This document shows positions 53,183-64,000 of a stretch of DNA of 64,000 nt, in pieces. Below the pieces are notes generated by a model that was not told the DNA's origin, searched no databases, and saw nothing but the letters and a program-made list of their open reading frames with translations. Location: positions 2,418,001 to 2,482,000 of the forward strand of contig JAGIQG010000043.1 in assembly GCA_024679065.1 (NCBI GenBank), in the 5' to 3' direction. The stretch is from Sphyrna mokarran (Eukaryota). The position numbers and the translations under genes are program-made. The number at the start of each line of letters is the position of its first letter. The stretch's first letter is position 1.

Positions 53183-55503
53183 ATTGGATTTGGTGCTGGG
53201 CAATGAGCCAGACCAGGTGTTAGGCTTGGAAGTTGGTGAACATTTTGGTGATAGTGACCACAATTCGGTTACGTTCACCTTATTGATGGATAGGGATAGG
53301 CATGAAGCTGGGGGCAGTAGTTATAGCTGGGGGAAGGGTAATTATGAGGCCATCAGGAGAGAATTAGGGTGCATAGATTGGACTAGGAAACTACAGGGAC
53401 TGGGAACATCTGGAATGTGGAGCTTATTCAAGGAGCAGCTGCTGCGAGTCCTTGATAATTATGTCCCTGTCAGGCAAGGAGGAAATGGTCGAGTAAGGGA
53501 ACCTTGGTGTACGAAAAAAGTTAATTCGCTGGTTAAAAGGAAAAAGGAGGCTTATGTCAGGATGAGGCTTGAAGGCTCGGTTACTGCAATGGATAGCTAT
53601 AGATTAGCCAGGAGGGAGCTAAAGAGTGAATTGAGGAGAGCTAAGAGGGGACACGAGAAGACTTTGGCTGATAGGATTAAGGAGAATCCTAAAGCTTTCT
53701 TTAGATACGTTAAGAATAGAAGATTGGTTAGGGGAAGATTAGGGCCAGTCATAGACAGCAGTGGGAAGTTGTGCGTGGAGCCTGAAGAGATTGGAGAGGT
53801 ACTGAATAAATATTTCTCTTCGGTATTCACGCAGGGTGATGTACATGTAGTTATGGAGAACACTGAGGTACAGGGTAGCAAACTGGAAGGTATCGAAGTA
53901 GATAGGGAGGGTGTGCTAGATATTCTCGAGGGTTTGAAGTTGGATAAGTCCCCTGGGCCGGACGGGATTTACCCTAGGATTCTCTGGGAGGCCAGAGAGG
54001 AGATTGCAGAGCCTCTGGCTCTGATCTTCAGGTCCTCGTTGGTTACGGGTGTGGTTCCGGAGGACTGGAGGATAGCGAATGTGGTCCCGTTGTTCAAGAA
54101 GGGGGAGAGAGACCTTCCAGGGAATTATAGGCCAGTGAGTCTTACTTCTGTGGTGGGCAAAGTGTTGGAGAGAATAATTAGGGATAGGATTTATAGTTAT
54201 TTAGAGAGTAATGAATTGACTGGAGATAGTCAGCATGGTTTTGTGAAGGGTAGGTCGTGCCTTACTAACCTCATTGAGTTTTTTGAAAACGTGACTAAGG
54301 AGGTGGATGGGGGTAAGGCGGTTGATGTGGTATATATGGACTTTAGTAAGGCGTTTGATAAGGTGGCCCATGGAAGGCTTCTGCAGAAAATGCAGATTTA
54401 TGGGATAGAGGGTGATTTAGCTAATTGGGTTAGGAATTGGCTAGCAGATAGAAGACAGAGGGTGGTGGTTGATGGGAGATTTTCATCGTGGAGTTCAGTG
54501 ACAAGTGGTGTACCTCAGGGGTCTGTTTTGGGGCCCTTGCTGTTTGTAATTTTTATAAATGATCTGGATGAGGGTATTGAAGGATGGATTAGTAAATTTG
54601 CAGAGGACACTAAAGTCGGTGGAGTGGTAGATAGTGAAGAGGGGTGTTATAGTTTGCAGAGGGACTTAGACAAGTTGCAGAGCTGGGCCGAGAGGTGGCA
54701 AATGGAGTTTTATGTGGAAAAGTGTGAGGTAATGCACTATGGCAGAAATAATAAATGTGTAGAGTATAGGGCAAATGGTAGGATTCTTAGTAGTCTAGAT
54801 GAACAGAGGGATCTTGGTGTGTAGGTGCATAGATCCCTGAAAGTAGGCAGTCAGGTCGAGAAGGTTGTTAAGAAGGCATATGGAGTCTTGGCTTTTATTG
54901 GTAGAGGGATTGAATTTCGGAACCGCAACGTCATGTTGCAACTGTACAAAACTCTAGTGCGGCCGCACTTGGAGTATTGTGTGCAGTTCTTGTCCCCACA
55001 TTATAAGAAAGATGTGGAGGCATTGGAGAGGGTACAGAGGAGGTTTACCAGGATGTTGCCTGGTATGGAGGGCAGGTCTTATGAAGAGAGGCTGAGGGAT
55101 TTGAGTTGTTTTCGTTAGAAAGAAGGCGGCTAAGAGGAGACCTTATTGAAACATATAAGATGATTAGAGGTTTAGATAGGGTGGACAGTGATAGCCTTTT
55201 TCCTAGGATGGAAAAAGCTAGCACGAGGGGACACAGCTTTAAATTAAGGGGTGATAGTTATAGGACCGATATCAGAGGCAGGTTCTTTACCCAAAGGGTG
55301 GTTCGGGAGTGGAATGCCCTGCCTGCAGCAGTTGTAGATGCGCCAAGTTTGGTGGCGTTTAAGAGGTTAGTTGATAAGTATATGGAAGAGAAGGGAATGG
55401 TTTAGTTTTGAGGGGCATTGCTTTTTATATTGGTCGGCGCAACATCGAAGGCCGAAGGGCCTGTTCTGTGCTGTAATGTTCTATGTTGTATGTTTTATGT
55501 TCT
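53183..55503 (+). mobile_element. CR1 LINE, counterpart of 43-2362 but with a stop (54822-54824), a frameshift (~55107) and FADD->FAED
   Basis: ORFs 53184-54824, 54825-55118 and 55106-55405. Confidence 0.95.
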
Positions 55504-55559
55504 CTTACAACACCATCCCTGAATCCCTGAGGTGGCACTACAGTACTACAAATACTGAA

Positions 55560-56085
55560 AGGAGATAGAATCGCAGATTTACGCATTGAGTTCCCAACAT
55601 CTTCTCTGGAGCACAAGACGTTACTTGCCAACATCACATCCATGGGCAAGGAAACGTTCTGCTATTTGCCTCATAATATCCGCCTCAGCTCATGCGTGAA
55701 TATTCCTCCATCTTGAAATCCACTTAAAGGATGCACTGACTGGGGGAAAACCTTAAAAATAGAATGTAACGTCGTTAAGGTACAGCACGGGAAGACTTGC
55801 GAGACAAACAGAGAACACAGCATGCGATAGACAGAGCTAAGTGGCCCCACAATGCGCAGATCATTGTCAACGGCAGTACTGCCGGGAATGGAAGTATTAA
55901 ATGCAATAGTTAACAGGTTAGGAAATTCCAAACATATTTCTAAGCTCAATGACGGGAAACCCAGCACACCAGTGCAAAATGAAAGGATCAAGTTCTTGTA
56001 AAAAACTTCAATTGGAAGTGTCCAGTGGATGATGGACCCCAGTCTATTCCAGGAAGTGTCAATATGACAGATAAATGAATTCATC
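55560..56085 (+). mobile_element. Decayed LINE ORF2 remnant
   Basis: KQRTQHAIDRAK and LNDGKPSTP-like remnants; no intact ORF. Confidence 0.4.
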
Positions 56086-56834
56086 AGATTGCTAAATTAT
56101 CTGATAACAGTAAAATGCAGATGGCCTTATTCACAACTATTTGTAGTTTTTTGAAGTGTTGGTCAGTCAAGGAGCCGTAGCAACCTGTGAGATATTGGAA
56201 AGGACATTTTCTATGATGCATCTGTAAAAGTTGGTGAGAGGCCGAGCAGAAATGCCGAATTTCTTTAGCCATCTGAGAAAGCAGAGGCGTGTTGGGCTTC
56301 CCTAACCATATCTTCGGCATGGAGGGACCAGGACAGATTGCTGGTGATCTGGACACAGAAAAAGTTGAAGTTACTGGTCAACATTATGAAATGGATCATT
56401 CGGTCACTTTTTCTTGAGGGAGATTTCAGTCAGATTTCCGGTGGGAGGCGGGGGAGGAGCAAACGAACTACAAGCGGTGTTTCAATCCAATGCAAATTAA
56501 AACAAAACAATAATTTCAAAATGTGTCTGCTAAACATCAGCCCTCACCTTATCAGCTGTCTTAAGACTTCAAATCCCAATGAGAATAAAGAATAAAATCC
56601 CAATCAATATGGCAGTTATTGCAGAGGGTCAATATGCATCATTCTAACAGGTAAAATACTTGGAACTGTTAATGGGGCAAATGTTGATCTTTATTGGATT
56701 CTCTCATTGGAAACATGACCTAGTTCTGCAGTAAATTCAGTGAAACGTCTAAATTCTCTAAGACACCTCAGGAACCCATGTCACATAATCTTCAGTGCAA
56801 TGATGGGGAACGCACTTTGCCACAAAAGGATCAC

Positions 56835-58797
56835 ATATTCATGGGACTTCGGCATCGCTGGCTGTCCAGCAATTTTTGCCTATCCCTAGGTGACCGAGGG
56901 CAGTTGAGAGTCAACGACATTGCTCTGTATCCGGAGTCACATGTAGACCAAAACAGATAAGGGGAGCAGATTTCCTTCGTTAAAGGGTATTAAGGAAGTT
57001 TGTGGGTATTACAAAGAACAAAGAACAAAACAGCACGGGAAACAGGCCCTTCGGCCCAACGAGCCCGCGCCGCCACCCCGATGTTCCCATCTCTATCCGC
57101 GATCCCATGTTTATAGATCTATGGATTAAAAACCAAATTTGGGACAATTTAGGGAGAATTTGTTTTGCCAATTAGCCTAAGAGCACATCTTTGGGATGTG
57201 GGAGGAAACCGGAGCGCCCAGAGGAAACCCACGCAAGCACTCGGAGAATGCGCAAACTCCCACAGACACAGGCCCAAATCCATGTATCTGCACAGCACAG
57301 AGATAGTCACTGAGCTGTCGTGTTGACCATGAGATGGCCCAGGTCAAGCATACAGTAACAACGTGAAACACTAGGATACTCTCGAAAAAGATCCAAGAGC
57401 AGTCCTCTCACGACCCATCACGTGTATGCCCCTCGTTAGACAACAAGGTGGACGAAAGCACCTGTAGTATAAAAACAAATACATCAATATCATCATCTAT
57501 TTACACGCTTCCCAGGGACTCCCAAGGCACATGATCCCTATTATAAATCAGTTTTCTATACCCCTCCATTCCCATTCTGTTCATGTGCCCATCTAAGTAT
57601 TTCTTAAATAACTCCAGAGTACCTGCCTCCACCACTTTACTTGGCAGCGCATTCCATACCCCCCCCACCCTCTGTGTGAAAAAACTCCCTCTAGCATCCA
57701 AATTATACCTTACCCTCCTCACCCTAAGCCCGTGACCCCTCGTGCTATTTGAGTCCATCCTAGGAAAAAGCTTAACCCTGTTTACTCTATCTATCTCCTT
57801 CAAAATCTTGTACACCTCTATCTGACCTCCTCTAAGTCTACGTCTTCTTAAGGAAAACATTCCCAATTTGCCTAATCTCTCCTCATAATTCAGACCTTCC
57901 ATACCAGGCAGCATCCTGGTAAACCTCCTCTGCACTCTCTCCAGAATCTCCATGTCCTTCCAGTAGTAAGGCGACCAGAACTGGACACAGTATTCCAAAT
58001 GAGGTCTAACCAACGTTTTATACAACTGAAACATTAAAGGCCAGCTCTTGTACTCTATACCCCTTCCTATAAAGGCTAGCATACCATATGCTTTCTTCAC
58101 AACCTTCTCCACTTGTTCTGCCACCTTCAGAGACTTGTTCACCTGCACCCCCAGGTCCCTCTGTGTTTCTATACTCTTAATAGGTCTACCCTTTATCATA
58201 TACCTCCCCCTACATTCTTTCTCCCGAAATGCATCACCTCACATTTATCAGGATTGAATTCAATCTGCCATCTGTCTGCCCAAGCTACCAGCCTATCTAT
58301 GTCCTGCTGCATCGCCTGACAATGCTCCTCTCTATCCGCAAGTCCAGCCATCTTTGTATCGTCTGCAAACTTGCTGATCACTCCACTTACTCCCTCTTCC
58401 AAATAATTTACGTATATCACAAATAGAAGAGGTCCAAGTACCGAGCCCTGCAGGACACTACTAGTGACCGACCTCCAGCTAGAGAAACACCCTTCTGCTA
58501 TTACTCTCTGTCTCCTATTACCAAGCCAGTTACTTATCCATCTAGCTACCTACTTGTATCCCATTTGCCTTGACCTTCTCGACTAACCTCCCATGAGGGA
58601 CTTTGTCAAACGCCTTACTAAAATACAAATAGACAACATCAATGGCTCGCCCTTCGTCATCAGTAGGCTTTGAATTGCAGATATCTTCTGTTGAATTAAT
58701 ATTCTTCCAGCTATCGTGGCGGGATTAGAACCAGGGTCACCAGAACACCAGCTGAGTGGCTGGACTAATAGTCCATCGATAATGGCACTCAGCCATT
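56835..58797 (-). mobile_element. Same SINE family, split by the CR1 at 57011-58642
   Basis: ggagtcacatgtagacc..gcagatttcc before the CR1; gtggcgggattagaaccagggtc..aatagtcca after it. Confidence 0.65.
57011..58642 (-). mobile_element. CR1 LINE of the same long-3'UTR subfamily, independent copy
   Basis: ORFs 57501-58199 and 58196-58420; 57011-57460 aligns by eye with 5141-5555. Confidence 0.9.
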
Positions 58798-59679
58798 CTT
58801 TAATACGAAGAGATTTGTAGAACGATGTTGTAGATTGGCTTTCTGACATTACTGGGAGCTGAGTGCCTGAACTGTCCTGCATAAGTGCATGACCTATAAT
58901 GAAAGTGAAGCTAGTCATTCGACCCTGTAACAGAGGGATTGGTGTTGCAGCAAAGAGGCGCATTGTCTCTGTCCACGGCTGCTAGCTTTTACCCACACAA
59001 GGACAGCTCGCATGTTCTGCGGTGTGCAGAGGATATCGAGGGGCGCAAGTCACTAGCCAAGATTCTATCCACTTTACACCACTGATGGAAAATTATTCGA
59101 GCCAGAATCTCTCAGTGGTTTGCTTGTTTTTACAATTGAGACTGTGCACGCTCAGAGCTGTCTGGGGATGACACACTTTGCCTCTCAGCTTGAAACCGCA
59201 AGCAGCAGACCGTTTGCTACGAGCTTTGATACAATGAACAAAGGCCAAGCTATTGCATGAATATGTACGGTGTCCTCATGAATGCGAGACTCAGTTCATT
59301 GTGTTTCTTCATGGCCCAGTTTGGAAAACAAGTCAAAAATATCCAGACTTACTCACAAAAACGTTATTGTGCCAAATGGCGGGCAGTATACTCTCGGCGT
59401 ACAAGGTGCATCGAAATAACTCAGGCTGCAACTGTGCATTTTAAGTGAATCCACCCACAGTCCATCCAGTATTTTACAGTTTCTGCGCAAGCAGGTTGTG
59501 TCATTACCGAGAGATCATTTTTAAAGATATGGGTAAACCTTTTCAAGTTTAACGTTATTTTATTAGTCTTCAGTAAACCTTACATTAACACTGCAATCAA
59601 CTTGCTGTGAAATTTGAAATCCCTCCCTCCCCCACCCCACCGTCATCACAGCCGGGTGCCTGTACAGGTTGATGCACCG

Positions 59680-60440
59680 AATTAGTACGTATTTCAGGAT
59701 GTGAGAGGAACTTAGAGCATCCGGAGGAAACGCACGCAGACATAGGGAGAATATGTACATTCCACAAAGACAGTGAGGAAAACTGGGAATCAAGCACAGT
59801 CCCTGGTGCTGTGAAACATCAGTGCTAATCACTGTGCCACCGTACCGCCCCAGTTTTTGGACTGAGGCGAGGAGAAATTTCCTCACCCAAAGAGGGTTGA
59901 ATGTGTAGAATTCACTATCACATAAAGTAGCTGAGACCAAAACTGTATGTGATTTCAAAAGAAAACAATCCGGAGTGTTCTGTACAATTTTGGTTGCCTT
60001 ATCTGAGGGAAGCATGTCTTTGCTTTACACGAAGGACAACGAAGGTGGACCAGGTTGTTTCCCGAGATGACAGGTCTGTCAAGTGAGGAGAGACTAAGTC
60101 GGTTCGGATTGAATTCTTCAGAGTTTAGGAGAGTGAGAGGGGGTCTTGTTGTAACGTAGAAAGTTCCATCAGGTAAACCTTTTAGAACTGAGATGAAGAG
60201 GGATGTCTTCACCCAGGGAATGAAATTCACTACCACAGACTGTTGTTGAGGCCAAAAAGTTTTATGATTTCAAAATGGAGTTCAAGGAATTAGAAGAAAT
60301 AGCTTTTAGGTCGAAAGAGGGGGGAAAGCGGGGATTCAGGACATTGAATTTGATGATCAGCCTTGACCAAAATGAACGGCAGAACAGGTTCAAAATGCCA
60401 AATGACCTCTTCTTCCTTATATTGCCGTTGTTTCTACATC
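59680..60440. mobile_element. HE1 SINE (-, ~59680-59850) followed by degenerate CR1 3' fragments
   Basis: SINE head reverse complement gtgctaatcactgtgccaccgtaccgcc; ggtggaccaggttgtttcccgagatga..gaggagagactaagtcgg. Confidence 0.65.
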
Positions 60441-60724
60441 AATAATTGTAAAAATAAAGCCTTTTTCAGAATGGATCATAGTATATACTTGTATATTCAA
60501 TTTATATTCCTGTCATTCATTTTTGCAAATACACACCTTCTTGGCCCTGAAGGACAAAGAGAGCGGACTCATGGGTACACCTTCGCCATCAACTCCCCTC
60601 CCAATCAGAAGCAATATGTTAGAAATCTATTGTCGTTCCTTCACTGCGGCGTGGTCAAAATGGTGGTCCTCGCTCCTTATTTAACACTGTTGATATAACA
60701 CATGAACAATCACAGGGAAGACAC

Positions 60725-61095
60725 AGAAGCTGTTTTCACTGGAGCGTCGAAGGCTGAGGGGAGACCTGATAGACGTCTATAAAAAATATACTAATCATGA
60801 ATAGAGTTGGCACTCAAAATAATTTTTCCCAGGTTTGAGATGTCAAATAGTAAAGGGCGTGCACTTAAGGTGAGAGGGAGAAAGTTCAAAGGAGATGCGA
60901 AGAGTAAATTGTTTACCCGGAGAGTAATAGTTGTCTGGAACGCATTGACTGAGGTGGTGTTGGAGGCAGGTCTGATGGGAGCGTTTAAGGGGCTTTTAGA
61001 TAAGGGCATAATATGCAAGGAACAGAGGGATATGGATCAAGGTCAGGTAGAAGGGATTAGTTTAACTTCCATCATGTTCAGCACAACATCGAAGT
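60725..61095 (+). mobile_element. CR1 3' fragment
   Basis: FPRFEMSNSKGRALKVRG..FTRRVIVVWNAL. Confidence 0.8.
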
Positions 61096-61546
61096 TTATT
61101 ACTTTTCTTATTACTTTATTTTTTTAATTACTTCTGTAATATATACTTCAATGATATAATGTTTTACAAAGACAACTCAATCGGATGATATAGCTGGTTA
61201 ATACATATTGCTGAACAATAAGTCTATAGGATAAAGGAACTTAATTACGTCATTCTGTCCATCGGGTCTGCTCTGCCAATCGATCATGGCTGATATGTTT
61301 CTCTACCCCATTCTCTCGCCTTTTCCTTTAAACTTTTGAACCACTTGCCAATCTATCTCTTGTCTAAAGACTACTTATCTCTATTTTAAAAGCACTCAAT
61401 GACTTGGCCTTCACGGCCTTTTGTGGCAATGAATTGCACACATTAACGTCTCTCTGGCTGAAGGAATCCCTTGTCTTCTCGGTGCGAAAGGGTCAACCCT
61501 TTACTCTGAGCCTGTGTACTCGAAGCCGAGTCTCTCCAACTAATGG

Positions 61547-61892
61547 ACGGCGGCACAGTGGTTAGCACTGCTATTTCACAGCACTTAGGGACTCGGGTTC
61601 AATTCCGGTCTTGGGTGACTGTCAAGTTTGCACATTGTCCCAGTGTCTGCGTGGGATTCCTACCGTTGCTCCAGTTTCCTCCCAGAATCCAAAGATGTAC
61701 GGGTTAGTTGGATTGGCCATGCTAAATTGTCCCTAAGTATCGGGGGGGTGGGGGGTGGCGGGAAGGGAGGAAGGGGGGCTCGGAGTGTAAGGTACAGTTA
61801 TGGATATATGGCCTGGCTGAAGTCATTGTCAGTGCAACCTCGAAGGGCTAAAATGCCCTCCCTCTGCACTCTAATGATTCTATTCTATTCTA
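61547..61892 (+). mobile_element. Near full-length HE1/V-SINE
   Basis: tRNA-derived head with A box (cacagtggttagcactg) and B box (ggttcaattcc), V-core, CR1-like tail, (attct)n. Confidence 0.88.
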
Positions 61893-62336
61893 TTCTGAAG
61901 ATCTTCTCTATACCCACTCTACCAGGCGTTGCAGTGTTCTGTAAGTTTCAGTGAGATCACCGCCCTCAACCTTTTCAACTAAGCCACCGTATTGCATATC
62001 GTGAGAATAAATTAAACTGTAACTTATATACTCTGCACATATCCGCACAATGATTAGCTTGTGGTCCCCTCGGTATGTCAAACCAGTCAAGCTCTGTGTG
62101 AATGTTCCATCACTTGACCCTGTGATACGTAGGCGGCGATCACAGTGCATGAAATGCATTCAGCAGCGCAACGTCATCAGTACTATGTCACACTTTCCAT
62201 TGTCTCTTGTCACAGTTTCCACCCAATCATAAAGTGCAACAATTAACTGGGTCTGAGACCAGGTCAGTCCTCGGACCTCTCAGCAAAAACAAACTGGTGT
62301 GAGTGGAAACAGGGAGATATTGCTCATCTGTGCAAA

Positions 62337-63728
62337 ATGCCCCAGCAATCTTTATCCCTGATACTTATTCTCCATGCGTTGTGGGTTCATGGTGAGTATT
62401 TGCCAGGACAGACATTGTAAATAGCAGCAGCCAAGTTAGTTTTTTCAGCATTAGTGTCACAAGTCGGCTTCCAGGGAAATTTCACATTCCAGTGTTAATG
62501 TGAGCCTTACTTGTGACTAGTAATCTTTTGCATCGACACTGCAATGAAGTTACTATGAAAAGACCTTAATCGCCACACTCCTGCGCCACTACGGGTACAC
62601 AGAATCAGGATTTAGCACGGCCAATGCACCGAACCAGCACAGCTTTCGGTAAGTGGGAGGAAACACCCATGCAGGCACGGGGAGAACGTGCACAGACAGT
62701 GACCCAAGCCAGGAATTGAACCCGGGTCCCCAGCGCTTGAGCCAATGGTGCCAAACACCATGCCGCTCAGCTAGTGCACTGCAAATACGACTGAATGATC
62801 GGTCCAAGGATTTTTGGTTTCCTCCTTTCAAGCGAAGAAAATGCAACTTGGGAAATAATCTCCAGAAGTATAATTGAAGATAATAATGAGACTGTTCTTA
62901 ATTTACACCGCTTTTTTTTTCAAAAGGCAACTTTCAATATTGAAATATGTGGTAATGTTTGAATAATCTTTCTAGTTACAGATTCCGAGTCCTCTCTACC
63001 TCAAAGGCTCTTCACAGTGACAGCCGAAGTCGGCCAGACGGTGGATTTAACCTGTCAACAAGCATTCGAGGTGGAATCCGTAGCCATCTATTTGTGGTAC
63101 AAACAAAATGTTGATGAAATCCCGAAAGTAATCAATATCCCAACCTGTGATGGGGGCGATTGTAAGTTTATTTCTAAAAAAGGCCACGACAAACGTGAAT
63201 TGATACTGGAAATTCGCAACGCCCAAGCGAATGACTCGGGTTCCTACTACTGTGCTGATAAGGATAGCTATGCGCCGTTCAAGAATGGAACCACACTACT
63301 GGTTGGAGGTAAATGAACAAGTGAAATGAATCCAGGTTATGCACAATAATACCACTTGGTGTAAATTAATCGTTAACTATGTCCCAATTTCTGTCCAGAC
63401 AGTTCCACCAACAAGACGGCTGTGCAAGTATTTGTCCCGCCGGCTGAACTGGATGTGAATGATACCGTGCCCTTAGTGTGTTTGGTCAGTGGAGTTTCTT
63501 CCAACCAGACTGCTATTTTCTGGAATATTTCCGGTCTGGTCACTGAAGGATCGAGTGATCCAGGGACAATGGAGGGGAACGGGACCTACAGCATCAGAAG
63601 TCATGTCATGGTGTCAGGGGTAACTTGGAGAAGCGGCGCTGTCTGCACTTGCATTGTTCAACTGGGGACTCCAGGGGAATTTTCGACGAAAAGTGTGTGG
63701 AAGCCCAAAACAACTGAAAAACGGAAAG
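62337..63728 (+). CDS. Gene B: second VJ-C1 non-rearranging antigen-receptor-like gene, 3'-partial (later exons lie outside the window)
   Basis: Exons 62337-62391 (MPQQSLSLILILHALWVH, G|gtgagt), 62976-63308 (V domain; an in-frame alternative acceptor would start at 62982) and 63399-63728 (C1; G|gtgagg). All introns are phase 1; the V-C intron is 90 bp. Confidence 0.85.
62590..62768 (-). mobile_element. HE1/V-SINE fragment in gene B intron 1
   Basis: gtgggaggaaacaccc..ggggagaacgtgcacagacagtgacccaagccaggaattgaacccgggtccc. Confidence 0.8.
62976..63308 (+). CDS. Gene B VJ-type V exon
   Basis: VGQTVDLTC, WYKQ, LEIRNAQANDSGSYYC, J-like FKNGTTLLVG; donor G|gtaaat. Confidence 0.9.
63399..63728 (+). 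CDS. Gene B C1 exon
   Basis: VFVPP..VPLVCLVSGVS..WNISG..GTYSIRSHV..TWRSGAVCTC; roughly 40% identical to gene A C1 by manual alignment. Confidence 0.9.
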
Positions 63729-64000
63729 GTGAGGTGTTACTCTGTATATTGAAGGATTCTATTCAAATTTAGAGACAATCGGATTAACTCAGTAGACCCC
63801 AGCCATCTGGGGATACATATGTTTGTGTGTGTAAATATATATTTNNNNNNNNNNNNNNNNNNNNNNNNNNNNNNNNNNNNNNNNNNNNNNNNNNNNNNNN
63901 NNNNNNNNNNNNNNNNNNNNNNNNNNNNNNNNNNNNNNNNNNNNNNNNNNNNNNNNNNNNNNNNNNNNNNNNNNNNNNNNTGTGACTGTGTGTGCGTGTG

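Larger units (their letters stand above)
27823..55544. repeat. Right arm of giant inverted repeat
   Basis: Reverse complement of 1-27722; N-runs mirrored with the same lengths (153 and 183). Confidence 0.98.

Noticed and set aside
61547-61625. tRNA gene
   Set aside because: tRNA-derived SINE head continuing into the V-SINE core; not a cloverleaf gene.
63013-63050. cacagtg heptamer inside the gene B V exon (another at 62141)
   Set aside because: No nonamer at 12 or 23 bp; wrong position for recombination.

Overview
Vertebrate genomic DNA, almost certainly a cartilaginous fish (shark-type CR1 LINEs, HE1/V-SINEs and DeuSINE-like SINEs). Positions 1-55544 form one giant inverted repeat (mirror rule x <-> 55545-x) folded on a 100-N gap at 27723-27822. 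The arms look identical from about 1945 inwards, including two internal N-runs of identical length, so an assembly mirror artefact is at least as likely as a true palindrome. The main biology is a small cluster of non-rearranging, antigen-receptor-like IgSF genes. Gene A can be assembled completely by hand: leader, germline-joined VJ, C1, uncharged TM, cytoplasmic exon and a TLYARL ITIM/ITSM-like exon; 303 aa; + strand 30823-37542, mirrored at 18003-24722 on the - strand. Gene B is a divergent paralog (leader, VJ, C1; 62337-63728) that runs off the window end. Neither gene shows an RSS. They resemble the VJ-C1 / PRARP-type 'antigen receptor precursor' genes, but exact orthology needs a search. 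The rest is nested, mostly decayed retroelements, including a templated inverted duplication, a CR1 subfamily carrying a SINE core in its 3' UTR, and Penelope-type hammerhead remnants. Repeat boundaries are approximate and family names come from recognition, not from a database run.
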